This document shows, piece by piece, positions 27,720 through 41,079 of a DNA stretch of 64,000 nucleotides (within the stretch, counting starts at the first letter, position 1; each line of letters opens with the position of its first letter). The notes beneath the pieces were generated by a model that searched no databases, was not told the origin of the DNA, and was given only the letters and a program-made list of their open reading frames with translations. The translations under genes were made by a program, and so were the position numbers. Where the stretch lies: the NCBI GenBank assembly GCA_964016885.1, contig CAXHJY010000146.1, forward strand, positions 33,665 through 97,664, in the 5' to 3' direction. The DNA comes from Eledone cirrhosa (Eukaryota).

Positions 27720-28960
27720 ATATCTGTACCTTCTGAATTTTTGAACCACTGCCTAGTCATTATCCACCCTACATCCGCCACATACTATATAGCACCTGAA
27801 CCCTATGGCACCTCATGACAGCAAACCCATAAGAGATTTGCCAGATATGCATTAATCACACCAGCAGCAAATATGCTTCCTCTCAACCCATCCAAGACAG
27901 CTAAGCACATGGCAAAATCAATGACTATGTCTGGTATATGACTCATAGCTTCTTGGCTAAAGGCTCCATGCAACTCTTATCTCAGAATCTTCCTGTCCGG
28001 TCCCAATACTGTCGCTGTGTGTTAATGTTTACTCTCTCACTGACCCATCCTCTATCAACTCTTTTGTATACCAAAGTTCGGTCAGTTATGGCTCTCAACT
28101 CTTCCATCTGTACATTAATAACTAATTTGCTGTAATCTCAAACACCATGCACCTATGCAGATGATATATTTCATTCCTTAATTATCCAAACATAGGTATA
28201 ATCCATATGTAACATTAACACCCCACACCTAACCTACACAGCATCTGCAAATAGATTCTTATGGAGACATGACAATCTTGTCTCTACAGTACAAAGTCAC
28301 AAATCACTCCACATATAAAGGAAACAATCTGTACCTCACCCTCTCTACTCAAGAACATGTTTTTATGTAAAATCCTGATGATCTTAGTACAAGCATAGCA
28401 TACCTAAAACTGTACCCCAAAGACTAGTCTTTCTTTCGAGGTCTGAACATACTTCAGCACTGATGAGTTTACTAGTGCACTACAAACTGCAAGAGCCTCA
28501 ACTGAGTATGACTCCCACATCTGGGATGGTGCTGCCAACACGCATACAAATATCCTAGTTTGCATCCAAAGGATAGGCATCTGACTGATTAGTAATGACA
28601 CACACATCAACATAGTACATTTGCTGTCTCCTCCCTCTGCCTATTTCACAGTTACTACAATGGCTTCTGCTCCTTGTAACTAGTTCATACTGCCCAATGC
28701 ATCTATATTTACCTGCTCCTTTCATCACACTACTGTCTTCCTAACACCAGTCAGTACCCATCAACTACATCTCTCAATAATTCTTTTCCAGAATGTTAAC
28801 CCTTGGGAAACCTCTCTGTATCATCTGCATAGGTAGATATTGTTAGAGATTACAACAAGCTTGCTGTTAAAGTACAGAAGGAAGAATGAGAGAGCCATAG
28901 CTGAATGAACCTTGGTGTACAACAGAGTTGATAGACGATGGATGAGAGAGAGAGAGAGCA
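27720..28960 (+). mobile_element. Degenerate CR1-like LINE RT/3' region followed by a short inverted second fragment (28821-28960)
   Basis: TYADD at ~28150, EYDSHIWDGAA and LCLFHSYYNGFCS motifs. 28821-28950 is a diverged reverse complement of ~28030-28165; ORFs 27938+ and 28821- share LSTLLYTKV. Confidence 0.7.
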
Positions 28961-29829
28961 CATTTTTCAGAGACAAATTTTCCAACTGCAAAGCAACTGT
29001 ATCAATCTCAGTAATCAAGGAGGGTTTGTGAAAATCATGGACACTCCTCCTTCACGACTAAGCCATAAGTTCAATAACCAGTTACTTTGCCATTTCACTT
29101 TAACATATTGTCCACTTTTCTACACTGGCATGGATTGAATAGGATGTTTCGAGAATGTTTTACAGCTGGATGCCCTTCCTGGTGCCAACCCTTTTGTTGC
29201 CTTTTACAACATACATGGATATGGTGCATCTATTCTAAAATCCAGGATATATATGGCATACTATAGATAATAAGTTCCCATTCTAATTAACATAAAATAA
29301 ATACTCTTCCTTATACAATTCATCTGTTGTCAGACAAATTAATAACTTTATTTCTGATCATTAAAGGCATACACCAACCCTAAACGGACAAAGATGATAT
29401 CAGTGGAAATTGGTCATACTGGTCACTCACAACAAGCCAACCAAATAATAATCAATTTCACTGCAAAAATTCTCCTTGACACAATCAGTGTGTGCGTGTG
29501 TGTACATGCATGTATGCGTGTGAAGTGAACTGTCACTAATCTAGCCAGCCACTGGTAATTAATACATGAATTTTGGCTCAGCACATCAAACTGCCTTGGT
29601 GGTTGCAGCATCAGATTTTGGTACAAACTCATAAACACTGACAAGTCATTCCTACTTGTTTTTCTGTATTTATTATCATAACCATCTCAGAGTTCAAATT
29701 CCACCAAGATTAACCTTTCATCCTTCTGTGGTCAATATCGATGTTATCCACCCGACAAACTGTTGGCTTGGTGACTAAATAAGAAATCATTATTATAACC
29801 TTCTCATATTTAGCTCTCGTCATGGTTCC

Positions 29830-30480
29830 AATGTATAAAGAAGTGTTTCTAGAGGTGTAAAGTGCAAGCACTGTACATTGATCATAACAGATCAGTACAT
29901 GAGTTTAATGTGGAAGATATGGTTTACTGTATGGTCAACATTTAAAACTTTGCATAAACATTCACACTGAAAATTAGATGGCATAAATTGTGATTAGATT
30001 TAATGTTTGAATCTGCACCTCATGAAAACTCTAAATGACTTTACAGGATTTAGTAATTTAAAGGAAAAGCAGATTTATGTGAACTACATTATTTTGTTCA
30101 TGATCTAACTAATCCTGTTGCCAAGGATCTTGGTTTAAGGATAGATGAATATAGATGGCGCTGTAGCTAATGTTCATCCTTATATTGACTCAGAAATTGT
30201 GCAAATAGTAGTAAGTCTGGAGAACAAAGATAGTGGAGAAGAAAACAGTGATGAATATGAGGAAGTTGTAGCAGAAAGAATCTTTCTTGATAGGTTAATT
30301 CAGTTGGCAGGCAGACAGCTAAAAGGTATAGAGCAATGAAATTTTATAACTGTTATAATAATGTTTTTACATACTGCAGGAGAGACTCATCATGCAAAAA
30401 AAAAAAAAGAGACCAAAATATATTAAACAGCTTAGCTTCAAAGATATGTGATTCCAAAAATTGGCTAAAATTTGTGTAAC
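29830..30480 (+). mobile_element. Relic of a pogo/Tigger-type transposase C-terminus
   Basis: MNIDGAVANVHPYIDSEIVQIV...SGEENSDEYEE...LKGIEQ resembles the acidic C-terminal tail of Tigger/Jerky-family transposases; upstream WHKL and DFTGF-like remnants. Confidence 0.45.
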
Positions 30481-31289
30481 AGGAGCCAACATTTAAAACT
30501 CCAGTACTATCAACTTCTACCCAACCAAATGTACTTGCCCTCACCATCACCAAGTCTTGAAAAAAAAATCATCATCTTACATTTCATTTCCATGTTGGTA
30601 TAGATTGAGCAGATTGCTGAGTCCAAAACCAGACAACCTGGAGCAACTGATCTTACTTTTTACATTTCATATTTGGCTTGGTTTCTAGGTTTCTACGTCT
30701 GGATTCCCTTCCTAACACCAACCACATTATAAGGTATACCTGGGTGCATTTTATGGTGCTCCCAACACCAATATTATACAGGGTGTACTGAGTGCATTTT
30801 ATTGTGACACCAGGACTAGAGAGGTTGTCACAAGACTGGAGTCCTCTTCAATTCCATACTATCTCTATTCGATTTCAATTACCAAACTTCTTAAAAAAGT
30901 ATTTGGCTAGTATCCTCACTAGTCTTAACTGATCTTCACTTTCAGATATATAACTCTGCAGTCATAAATTCCAGTTCATCACTTTGGAAGTGGAACAAAC
31001 TTTCTTACAGAATTACTTACTCTATATTTTACCTGTTCTTTATTATCAAAAGTTTACTTCCTTTTCATTTAATGTTCCTTTTTTCTAATATTAACCAACT
31101 TGTATTGATTTACAGAATAGTTTAAAGGCAAAATATGATGATTAGCTGTTGGGTAAAACTGGATGTGCTAATCTAACCACTGGTGTTCTTGAAAACTCAT
31201 TAATCCAGCACTCCATAAGTACCATCAGTTAGTGAAGGTCAACTGCATACATTATGTACAAAATGGATCTGTCGGTTTAAATGATGGGT

Positions 31290-31590
31290 GATTCAGTAGT
31301 TCAACAGAATAACCTGCTTATGAAATCAACATGTAAATGACTGAGCCTTCTACAAGCATGCACACCATTTGAGGGAATTGGGCCTGACTCAGTGTGACAA
31401 GTCTAGCTCTTTGAATTACAGGTACAGTCCATCAAACGGGCTCCCAGTTTCCATCAACTCAATTTCATTCACAAGGCTTGTGTCAAGCCGAGGCTATGGT
31501 AAATGACATTTGCCCAATATGCGTTGCAGTGGGATTGAACCTGGGACATAATAATTGTAAAGCAAACTTCTTAACCATTCGACCATGATG
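31290..31590 (-). mobile_element. Degenerate tRNA/CORE-type SINE
   Basis: Plus-strand ggctatggtaaatgacatttgcccaa...gcagtgggattgaacc is the reverse of a B box + CORE-like segment. Related pieces near 8090-8190, 16290-16400, 18450-18560, 20850-20950 and 47870-47950. Confidence 0.6.
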
Positions 31591-31849
31591 CATCCACACA
31601 TGCAATATTGTATGGCAAGGTCTTAATATAACATCCAACATACTTTTATAAACAATGATATGAGATAAAAAGAAAATTATTTAAGCTCACTGAACCACAT
31701 ACTCATTATTATCAGGAAAGTTATATTACTGATTACACCACATATATGCTTGAGAATTGGTTCTCATTGAGACATCAAATCAAAATGTGTTATCTAGCTA
31801 TATTAAACATTAGTAGGCAAATCCAAACCTCTTCTTCTTCACATACTTA

Positions 31850-33100
31850 TTCTTGAGAGAGTCGTGGGGCAGAGTTCTCAAAAATGCCTTCCAGCAAGTC
31901 CTGTCAGATGCAACCATCTTCAACTGATCTGGCTGGAGAAAAGCATAGCTTATAGTTATCCAACCATCTATCTCAGGGTCTACCCCTAGGTCTTCGGCTG
32001 GTTGATTTTGTCCAGCGATTCTTTCATGAGACATTCTAACCACAGACCCATAATATCAAGTAACGTTACTCGAAAGGCCCTTTGGAGAAACACCACTTTG
32101 TATTCACAATCGTATTCTTTTGGTCAAGTGTCTCAGTTTTTGCAGCACTGATTGTCATTCAAGCCATGCAGCACTTGGCATCAAACCTATCGAGTGCAAG
32201 TTGGAAATTACCTTCTATCGAGTTAAGTAACACCATGTCTGCAAATTCCAGCCGACTGATGTTATACCTGCCAGTCGTGATACCACTTCCAACCCAGCTG
32301 TGCATGTCAATCCTGTTCATGAAAATAATGAACATTTATCCGAACATATCAAAGCAACAATAAGTTGACGATCAATCCCATACTCCTGCAGAATCTTCAA
32401 CAGCAGGTTCCAAGGAACATGATTACATGTCTTTTGGAGATTTACAAAACAAGAATATACCTCTTGGCAATACTCCCACAATTTCTTGAAGATCTGTCGT
32501 AGTGTGAATATTTGGTCGGCTGTGTTGCATCTGCTACATCCAGGGCAAGAACCATTCTGTTCATCTGCTAGCTTGGATTCAACAATCTCACTGCATCTCT
32601 TTGACAGACACTTAGCATAGACTTTACCGAGGAGACTTAACAAGGAAATCCATATATAATTGCAACAATCGCTCTTGTCTCCTTTTTGAAAATTGGGATT
32701 ATCACTATTGGTTGCCATTGTTTAGCTACCTTTCCAGACATCCAGGCAACCTGGCACAAAAGAGTCAGCCAGAGAATACCTCCTCTTTTTAAAGCTTTTA
32801 ACATCTCAGGCCAGATTTCATCTTTCCCAGTGACCTTGCCACATTTGAGCTTCTTAACAGCTTTTGTGACTTCAGCCTCCGAGAGATTAGTCTGCTCCCA
32901 GATGCACCTTGAGTACATCAGAAGATTCTATTGTGATCGGTTTTGGGAGGGCAAAGTATTCTCTCCACCTCACGAGGATGCACCTTTCGGAAGAGAGGAG
33001 AACCCCAGACATGTTCCTGATAGCAGGTGTGGAGGAGGACTTCTTATTAACAAAGTCGGCAGATGGTCTGTCAGAACTCTTTATCTGCTAATAAAATAAG
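31850..33100 (-). mobile_element. Old degenerate RTE LINE fragment (same PHD-less family as 5655-6720)
   Basis: EVTKAVKKLKCGKVTGKDEIWPEMLK, KGDKSDCCNY..ISLLSLLGKVYAK, DQIFTLRQIF; frameshifts. Confidence 0.85.
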
Positions 33101-33329
33101 TGAGATGCTATGGAGGCCGAACATTCAGTGAACCTTTATGATTATCTTCCAACATAATTTGACCTAAGAACCTTTTGATAAGTTATTTTACAAATACCAT
33201 CTTAATAATGAAACAATGATTTTAGTAAATCACTCCAAATTCTTCATTAATTAATTGATATACAATGTACTTCATTAGAAATATGGTAATGAAAGGGCTA
33301 AAGTGGATAAACATTTATATGCTGCAACT

Positions 33330-33883
33330 CTCAAAGGCAATGACACAAGACTGAGATCTCTGGCGTTATGTAGTAATACAGAAGACCCACCTTCCCATGT
33401 GAACAGGTTGAAGCATACATCTTGTATGCACTAACTTCCCCTTCCCCTCCACACCCCTTCCTTTATCCACATCCCTCTCGCACCTCCCACGTACTAACAC
33501 TCCACCCACGCTCTAACAATCCACCCCTTACACATGCCCCTAGATCTACCCACTCAAGTCCCCAGCCCACACTGTAAAGTTGTCGTGTAGGTGAAACTAC
33601 AAAAAGCACCCAGCCCACACTGTAAATTTGATGTGTTGGTGACACAACAAAAAACACCCAGCCCACACTATATAAAGTGGTTGTGTAGGTGCCAAGACAA
33701 AAAGCACCCAGCATACACTGTAAATGTGGTTGGTGTTCGGAAGGGCATCCAAGTATAGAAATCAAGCTAAACTAGTTCAGTGTTAGCAAGATATGGTCAT
33801 CTCACCTGACTTATCTCACAACAGGGCAACTCGTCTAACCCATGCTAGTGTGGAAAAATGGACGCTAAACGGTGATGATGATG
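33330..33883 (+). mobile_element. RTE 3' end/3'UTR fragment with four ~48-nt internal repeats
   Basis: Ends ggaagggcatcc...aacccatgctagtgtggaaaaatggacg...gatgatgat; repeats of cccagcccacactgtaaa at 33560-33725. Confidence 0.85.
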
Positions 33884-34385
33884 TTGGGTGATAGACAACT
33901 TCAGTGGCAGACTTAATCCATTGCCCAGTTTAATGCTTTGAGTGCCTTTAGTGGAGTCCACTATTGTAAGCATTCAAGCCAGGGCTCCACTTTGAAGATA
34001 TCCTCCTCCATCCCTTCCTACCAGTCACAGAAGCCCTGAAAAGGGGGGCACAGTTATTGCCCTTTCCCACCAGTTAAATGACTTATTTTATTTTTTAGAG
34101 AGAAAAGAACAAAACACAAACACAATGTGGCATATATGATCAGTAACCATAATCACAAAGCAAGTAATAGATGTGAGATCATTGTCTAATTAGTGGATTT
34201 GCTGTTTTACTCAATTTCAATATGGTGTCTTCTAAGCTTTAACCTCATCTATCACATGAAACCACCCTATCCAGACATTTTACAAAACAGCACTACAACT
34301 GCATCACATTAAAAATTGAAGCCTTCATTTTAATATTACAATCTGTCTGAAAATATTTGAATTTACAAATCCATTTTTAGATATA

Positions 34386-35094
34386 CTAGCAGAAAAACCA
34401 CCCTTCGCGTGATTTTCTGCTAGCATGTGTAGTGTGCATATTGATATTATACGCAAGTATATATGCATGTAGATATGATACATCAAATAAAATTATAATT
34501 GACAATATACAACAGAAATTGAACGAAGACCGTGTTACATTGTCTTATGTAATCAGTAATGTAATCCATGATACATTAAAAAAAGATGATATTATATATA
34601 AACTCCATTAGGAGAAAATTAGTGACGGAAATATATGAATGTTTATTTAAGCGATCACTAACCGGAAGTGTTGACATTTGAAAATTTTAAAAAAGTGAAT
34701 CTTAAAATAAGCCACAAAATTATTTTTATTTAATCAAGAATAACGAAATTTAGTAGCTAAATTATGTAATATTCATGCATTATTTATTCAAAACAGGTGA
34801 ATTGGCAGTATCAGTAGAGGGCCGGATGCCATGCTTTGACACATAGATATACGGCCCTTGCCATTCTGAGTTCAAATCCCGCCGAGGTTAACTTTGCCTT
34901 TCATCCTTACAGGGGTCGATAAAATAAAGTACCAGTAATACACTGGGTAATTGCTGGCCTTGTGCCAAAAGTAGAAACAATTATTTATTCAAAACAGATA
35001 TTTATTTATTCAAAACGATATTATTTATTCAAAAGGGGATAAAAAAATATATTCTGGACGCAGTCCTGCACTCCTTAGTTTATTATAGTTTAGA
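34386..35094 (-). mobile_element. Non-autonomous Helitron
   Basis: Minus strand starts A|TCTAAACTATAATAAA and ends with a subterminal hairpin CACGCGAAGGGTG then ...CTGCTAG|T. This is the TC...CTAG signature inserted between host A and T with no TSD. Confidence 0.75.
34797..34979 (+). mobile_element. Near full-length SINE nested in the Helitron
   Basis: Same family; TSD attatttattcaaaacag at 34779-34796 and 34980-34997. Confidence 0.9.
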
Positions 35095-35440
35095 TTTTCT
35101 GCTAAATCATTACAGGGTCCTAAGAGATAATGCTCCAAAATTTTGCAATGATCTGGCCACTAGTAAAGATACTATAAACATTTGAATTAACCCCTTCTCT
35201 TCTTTTTAGATATTTTTTGGCCCAATCACTACAGAATGTCAGGGGTTTTAGAGTGTGTGTGTGTGTGTGCACGTGCGCGCATGACAATCTACTGTTCTTT
35301 CGAATAGATGCAAGATGCTAAGGAGACAGGTTATATTAAGTAGGTTTACAGCCAGCAAATGTTTTTCTTCAATACATAAGCAAACCAAAAACAAAAAAAT
35401 CCAAATTTTGAAGGATAAAATAGAAGTGAAAATTAATTAC

Positions 35441-35491
35441 CTGCTTCACTGAATTAGACATCATAGATCAGTGACAAGAAATGTTCCTTAC
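35441..35491 (-). other. Candidate 51-nt exon of the chromodomain gene carrying a possible start (MMSNSVKQ), or a recursive-splicing exon
   Basis: Acceptor catttcttctttctaattccag|GTAAGG, donor AAGCAG|gtaatt. ATG ATG TCT AAT TCA GTG AAG CAG ends in phase 0, compatible with exon 132-684. An in-frame TGA precedes the ATGs. No transcript evidence. Confidence 0.45.
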
Positions 35492-35986
35492 CTGGAATTA
35501 GAAAGAAGAAATGACATAAATAAATCAGAATGTTATTTTGCAATGATGGCAAATAATATAATAATGTTATTTTTCTTGTTTTCATATTTTTTAAACCATA
35601 TTTTAACCGTTTTCTTACCATATTTCTAATGAAAGACACTGAATACGATGTTCAAATAATTAAGAATTTGAAAGGATTTAGTAACATGGCTAATTTTTCC
35701 ATTATTTTTACATAGACTCATGATGGAAGGTTTTTAGATAAATAAATAATAAACATCTTAAAACAGTTCTGTATCAAAACAGGAGCAGTTTCAGGTGGTT
35801 TGATATCAAAAAGGTTAACAATATTATCACTTGAATTAGACACAGGCTATTTCAGATATATACTTTACCAACGTCAGTGTGAGATTTGAGTTAAGAACTA
35901 AAAGAGACAATTTTTTCTTTTGTTGTTGTTTTTTTGTTTTTTTTTTGCTGCCTTTAGTTTTATGGTGGAAATCATTTGTTTAAAAA

Positions 35987-37697
35987 GTGAGGACCAAAAA
36001 CACGAGGTGTTCAGGATTGCTAGACAATGTGTCAAGGAAAACCGTGATATTGTCGGGGAGAATTGTGTCCGTAATGATAACGGTATACTTGCCCTCACTG
36101 ATACTGATAAGAAGATAGCCTGGAAGTGTCACTACGAGAGGCTATTAAATGAAGAGAATAAGTGGGAAAAAGATAGTCTGCCCCAAATCGATCCAATAGA
36201 AGGACCAGAGGTGCAAGTTAAAGGTAGTATAATAAGTAAGGCAATCAAAGATATGAAGACAGGCAAGGCTGGGCCTTCGGAGATAGTTGCTGAGATGTTG
36301 AAGGCATCTGGAATGGTGGGACATACTATGGTCACCCGTATAGTTAACCAAGTAATACAGAGTGGGGTCATACCAAAAGACTGGCATAGCAGCATCATCA
36401 TTAACTGCTACAAGGGTAAAGGAGATGCTCTAGATAGAGGAAACTATAGCGGCATTAATCTAGATGAAATGCAGTTTGGGTTTGTGTCAGGTGAAAGTAC
36501 CACAGACGCTCTTTTCCTTGTACGACAACTACAAGAGAAGTACCAAATGCAAAGTATGGGTACATAAAAGATGTAGTGGGATCACAGGTAAACTATCTAA
36601 GAATGTAGACTTTATATGTGGCCGATGCTCAGGTGCAATAGGTAGCAAGTGTCCACAGGATACTAGCCCTTTCTATTGCCCAGATGGTTCTATAGAAATA
36701 GTAGACACTTTCCGTTACCTGGGTGACGAAATCAGCAGTGGTGGAGGGTGTTCTGAAAGTACAGTAGCCAGAGTCAGAACGGGATGGAAAGAGTTCAGAG
36801 AGCTTATACCGCTGTTGGCCACAAAAGGTTTCTCTCTAAAAATGAAAGGCAGATTGTATGATGCTTGTATACGAACAGCAATGCTACGTGGCAGTGAGAC
36901 ATGGGCATTGCGTGCAGAGGACCTGCGTAGACTGGAAAGGAACGAAGCATGCATGCTCCGTTGGATGTGTAATAGTAATATACGTGAATGGCAAAGCATA
37001 AATGAACTAAGTGAGAAATTAGGAATAAGAGGGATCAGATGCTGTTTACTCAAGAGAAGACTACGTTGGTATGGCCACGTGATGCGCATGAAAGATGACA
37101 GCTGTATAAAAAAGTGCAGGGCGATCAAAATTGATGGTAGTTACGGAGTAGGTAGACCCAGAAAAACCTGGGACGATCTGATAAATTCCGACCCTACACA
37201 CTTGCACCTCTCTAAGACAATGTCACTAGACCGAGATCTTTGGCGCTACGCAGTAATACAGAAGACCCGCCTTGCGTATGTACAAAGCAAAACCTACAGT
37301 CAGTAGGCACCTCTTAACCAAATATACACCCCCAATCCACTACCCCTACTGTATCCTCCCACTCCCACCACCCTCTCTATAAAGTTGGTACCACAACATC
37401 CAGTCCAAATAAATAAGATAATGAGATCGAGATTGTGTAGGTGTCACGAGAAAAAAAAACACACAGTCCACGCTGTAATGTGGCCGTGCAGGTAACACGG
37501 TAAAAAGTTCCCAGTTCCACACTGTAAATGTGGTTGGTGTTAGGAAGGGCATCCAGCCGTAGAAAACCTGCCAGATAGTCCTATTTGAGCGAGACAGTCA
37601 CCCGACCAACCTTGCCTCAAATGGGACAACTCCCGTCCAAACCCATGCTAGCGTGGAAAATGGACGTTAAACGAAGATGATGATGATGATGATGATG
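35987..37697 (+). mobile_element. RTE LINE (subfamily B), 5'-truncated, with two internal deletions removing the RT core
   Basis: ORFs 35920-36567 and 36464-37306 align to 56261-59952 but jump GNYSGI|NLDEMQF and QLQEKY|(P)KCKVWVH; full 3'UTR and (GAT)n tail. Confidence 0.95.
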
Positions 37698-39685
37698 AAA
37701 CCATGGACCATGTTTAAATTTAAACCTTCCAATTTTTAGTAAGAACATTTTCTTAAGTTATGTTCTAAACACCAATTCAACCCTTTTGTTGCCATATTTC
37801 TAATGAAAGGAGTAATATAACTAACTTTCTCATTATTAAGTTGTATTTGCAAAATTACTTAAGAAGTTTCTTACATAAAAAATTATGGTGGAAAGTTTTT
37901 AGATAAATATAAACACTTTAAAACAGGCAGTTTGTACCTTAGAACCAGTGGTTTGATATCGAAAATTAGTTATATTACTAAATCTCTTCAAATTTCTGAT
38001 TATTTAAAAAAATTAATCACAAATCCTAAGTAGTATATTTATTTCATTAAGAATATAATAATAAAGGGGTAAAACAAAAATATTTTTTGAACAGGAGAGT
38101 ATAATCAGTTGAACTGGATCCAGGCTATTTCAGATATCTACTTTATCAACACCAGTGTGTGATTTGAACTAAGAACTGAAAAACAAAAGTAAATACTGCA
38201 ATACGTTTAAATATGTCCTACTTTCCTGCATTCATGAATACATCATCAACAAATGAGATTGATTTCTTTTCACTAACAAAGAACAAGATGAGTTTTTATG
38301 AAGGAAAATTAAAATTAATGAAATAAACCTCAATATATTACTGGTAGTGTTTTCATTCACTCTGGAATGGTGAAAAACAAAAAAACTACAACACAATGTA
38401 AATGTATGAAACTAAATTCTCGAGCATATTTAATCTAATACTTTACTGTTCCAGCTGCAGGTAGTGGCAGTGGTGAATGGTTTGATGGTACTGGTGATAG
38501 TGGTTTGGTGATCGTGGTGATGTTTTAGTAGTAGTGGTTATGGTGATGGCAGCAATTATAAAAAGAATCAGAATCATGTAATTAATTGTGAGGCATGAAA
38601 CCTCAAATACATAGAAATATATTATGCAGCTGTTATAATGGCTGTTATAGAATAATCTTTTCTGTGTTTTGTTTTAAATACCAATAAAGTATGGCTTCAT
38701 TCAGCAGCTGTAAACTTGGAAAGAATGAGATATGCAGCCAATAGTAGCTACTATGTGTGACTAAAATAACTCCCCAAATCATGTTTATCATTCCAGTTCA
38801 AACTACAAACTATTTAGACTAAGGACAGATAAATGTCAGTTTCTGACAAGCATTGTTAACATTCATCAAAATATTTGCATCGATAGGATTCTTATAATCT
38901 TTTCTTTAGTTGATTATATAGCAAGAGTGAAGTGAATCATCAGAGTTGATGGCCTAATCCACCTAGAAGTAAACTTATATCATAGTTAGTACAACTCACC
39001 ACTGCATGAAGTGGGAACACTATGTAATTGATGAGTATTTTAGTATATTTGTTATTACAGCTAACACCTGTGAAGGTTTTGCTAGCCTCTTAGAACACTA
39101 CATTTCTTTAGAGGTTTCTTAGCTGTTTTAATGATAAGGGGCCCCAGGCCTATCATGTCGCTATTTTTCCAAATAACAGGAAGCAGGGTTTGATGTCAGA
39201 ATGCATAGAATTAGAACAGATGCTGCAAAGAATCCTACATGATGCTCTAACAATTCCACTAAATCTTAACACTAACCCTAATCTCTAGACTGATACGTTT
39301 TTAAAAAGTTGACAGCAAAGTTGTCGCCCAGGCTTTAATACTATGAGATCTTGAAATAAGAAGAAATATCAGAAGTTCCTGTTCCTTATTTCACCTTGTG
39401 ACACCCTTTACTCTTTCATGACCATATTTAACTTATTCTTGACTATTTCTAATGAAATGCAATCTATTTCAATTAATTAAGTTATTAATTATTTCATTAC
39501 TAAGATAGTAACTTAATATGTGGTTTGTATGTAAAATTATATTGGAAGATTTTAAATTAAAAATAGATGGTTTTGTTTCATAGAAGCAGGGGTTGATTTG
39601 GCTGGATTAATAACAAAAGGGTCAATTATTAAATTGATATAAAAAAAAAGAACTAGAAAAACACGCACTCATATACAACCAGTTA

Positions 39686-39750
<65 letters not shown>

Positions 39751-41079
39751 AAATACATAACTGTAGACACGAAAGAATACAGCTATGACAATGAAAGTTC
39801 TAACCAGTAGTAATGGAGAAAGGGAGGGGAAAAGAGAAAAAGGGTAATCACAACAAAATGGATGCTGCACAGAGAAGAACAATGCATTGACTGATTATAC
39901 CACTAAATAGGTGGCAGTTTGGCATCAGAACATCAGGTGAAATGCCTTACAATATTTTGATTATAAATTTAAACCCCACCACGGTCAATCTGCCTTTTAT
40001 CTTTCTAATGGTTGATAAAATGGAATGGTACAATTATCAAAGTATTGCAATATTTCTTCCAGGCAATTGCATTCCAAGTATCAGTCTTTAACTCTTATCA
40101 GTGTGTAATGGCTTATAAGAAAATATCTAAAAATGGGTTTGTTAATTCAAGTGTTTATAGTATCTTTACTTGTGGACAGATCATTGTGAATACTTGCAGT
40201 AAACTAAAGACTTTAATTTTTAATGTGATGCAGCCATATTGCTCTGTGCTTTTCAAAAATGCCTTATTAATGCAGTTTCATGCAGTACGGGATAGAAAGA
40301 GTTAAGTAGACACCTTTAGTGGAATTTTTTCTGTTGCAAGCATTCAGAGCAAATATCTAGTTTAATGAATCCTCCCTCCCACCAGTTTTGGCAGCCCTGA
40401 AAAGGATTATGTACACTGCTTTCCTTTCTGACTAAGTAACAAAATAAAAAATTATCTGTGAATTCTAGAATACACAAGTACAAAATACAAGTGATTAAAA
40501 AATTCAACAAATAGGAATAGTTCTAAGGAGCAAAGGTACCAAGTTCAATCCAAGCTTGAAATATTTTCACAGAATAATAATTAAAAAAATTACCATGCAA
40601 ACCATACAGATATAATATTTATGGTATCATTCACATTCCATCATCTCCCTCTTTTCTATTTTTCATCTAATAAAATAGCTTACTTATTTTTCTTCCTCTA
40701 TTCTCTGGAATAGAAGTATTTTTCTCTTTTTTTTCCCCTCTCATCAACTGATATAAAAATATCAAGATCTTATGATCAGATATAAAAATATCAAGATAGT
40801 GGGAAAAGAAGAAACCACATCAACATACTTAACTAGATTTGAACTGAACATTGAAACATAAGGCTTAATAATGGGAGACAGAAATCATTTTCATAAATAC
40901 AATACAAAATGATAAACTATAGCTGCTTTCAAAACTTCATCCTACGCTTTACATTGAACAATAAATAACTTCTACGAGAAAAGAGATGAAAAAATAAATT
41001 ATTCTAGTAGATGGAAAGCAGCAGGAGAAAGCAAAATGATGAGTTATATGAATGATACTAAAATACTATTTTAATGATA

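Noticed and set aside
33560-33740. Repeat-spacer look-alike (CRISPR-like)
   Set aside because: The 'spacers' resemble each other, it lies in an RTE 3'UTR, the context is eukaryotic and there are no cas genes.
35823-38188. ~90-bp diverged direct repeats (35823-35910, 38101-38188) flanking the RTE as LTR-like ends
   Set aside because: They look like decayed SINE-derived pieces or an old local duplication; no TG..CA ends, PBS or TSD.
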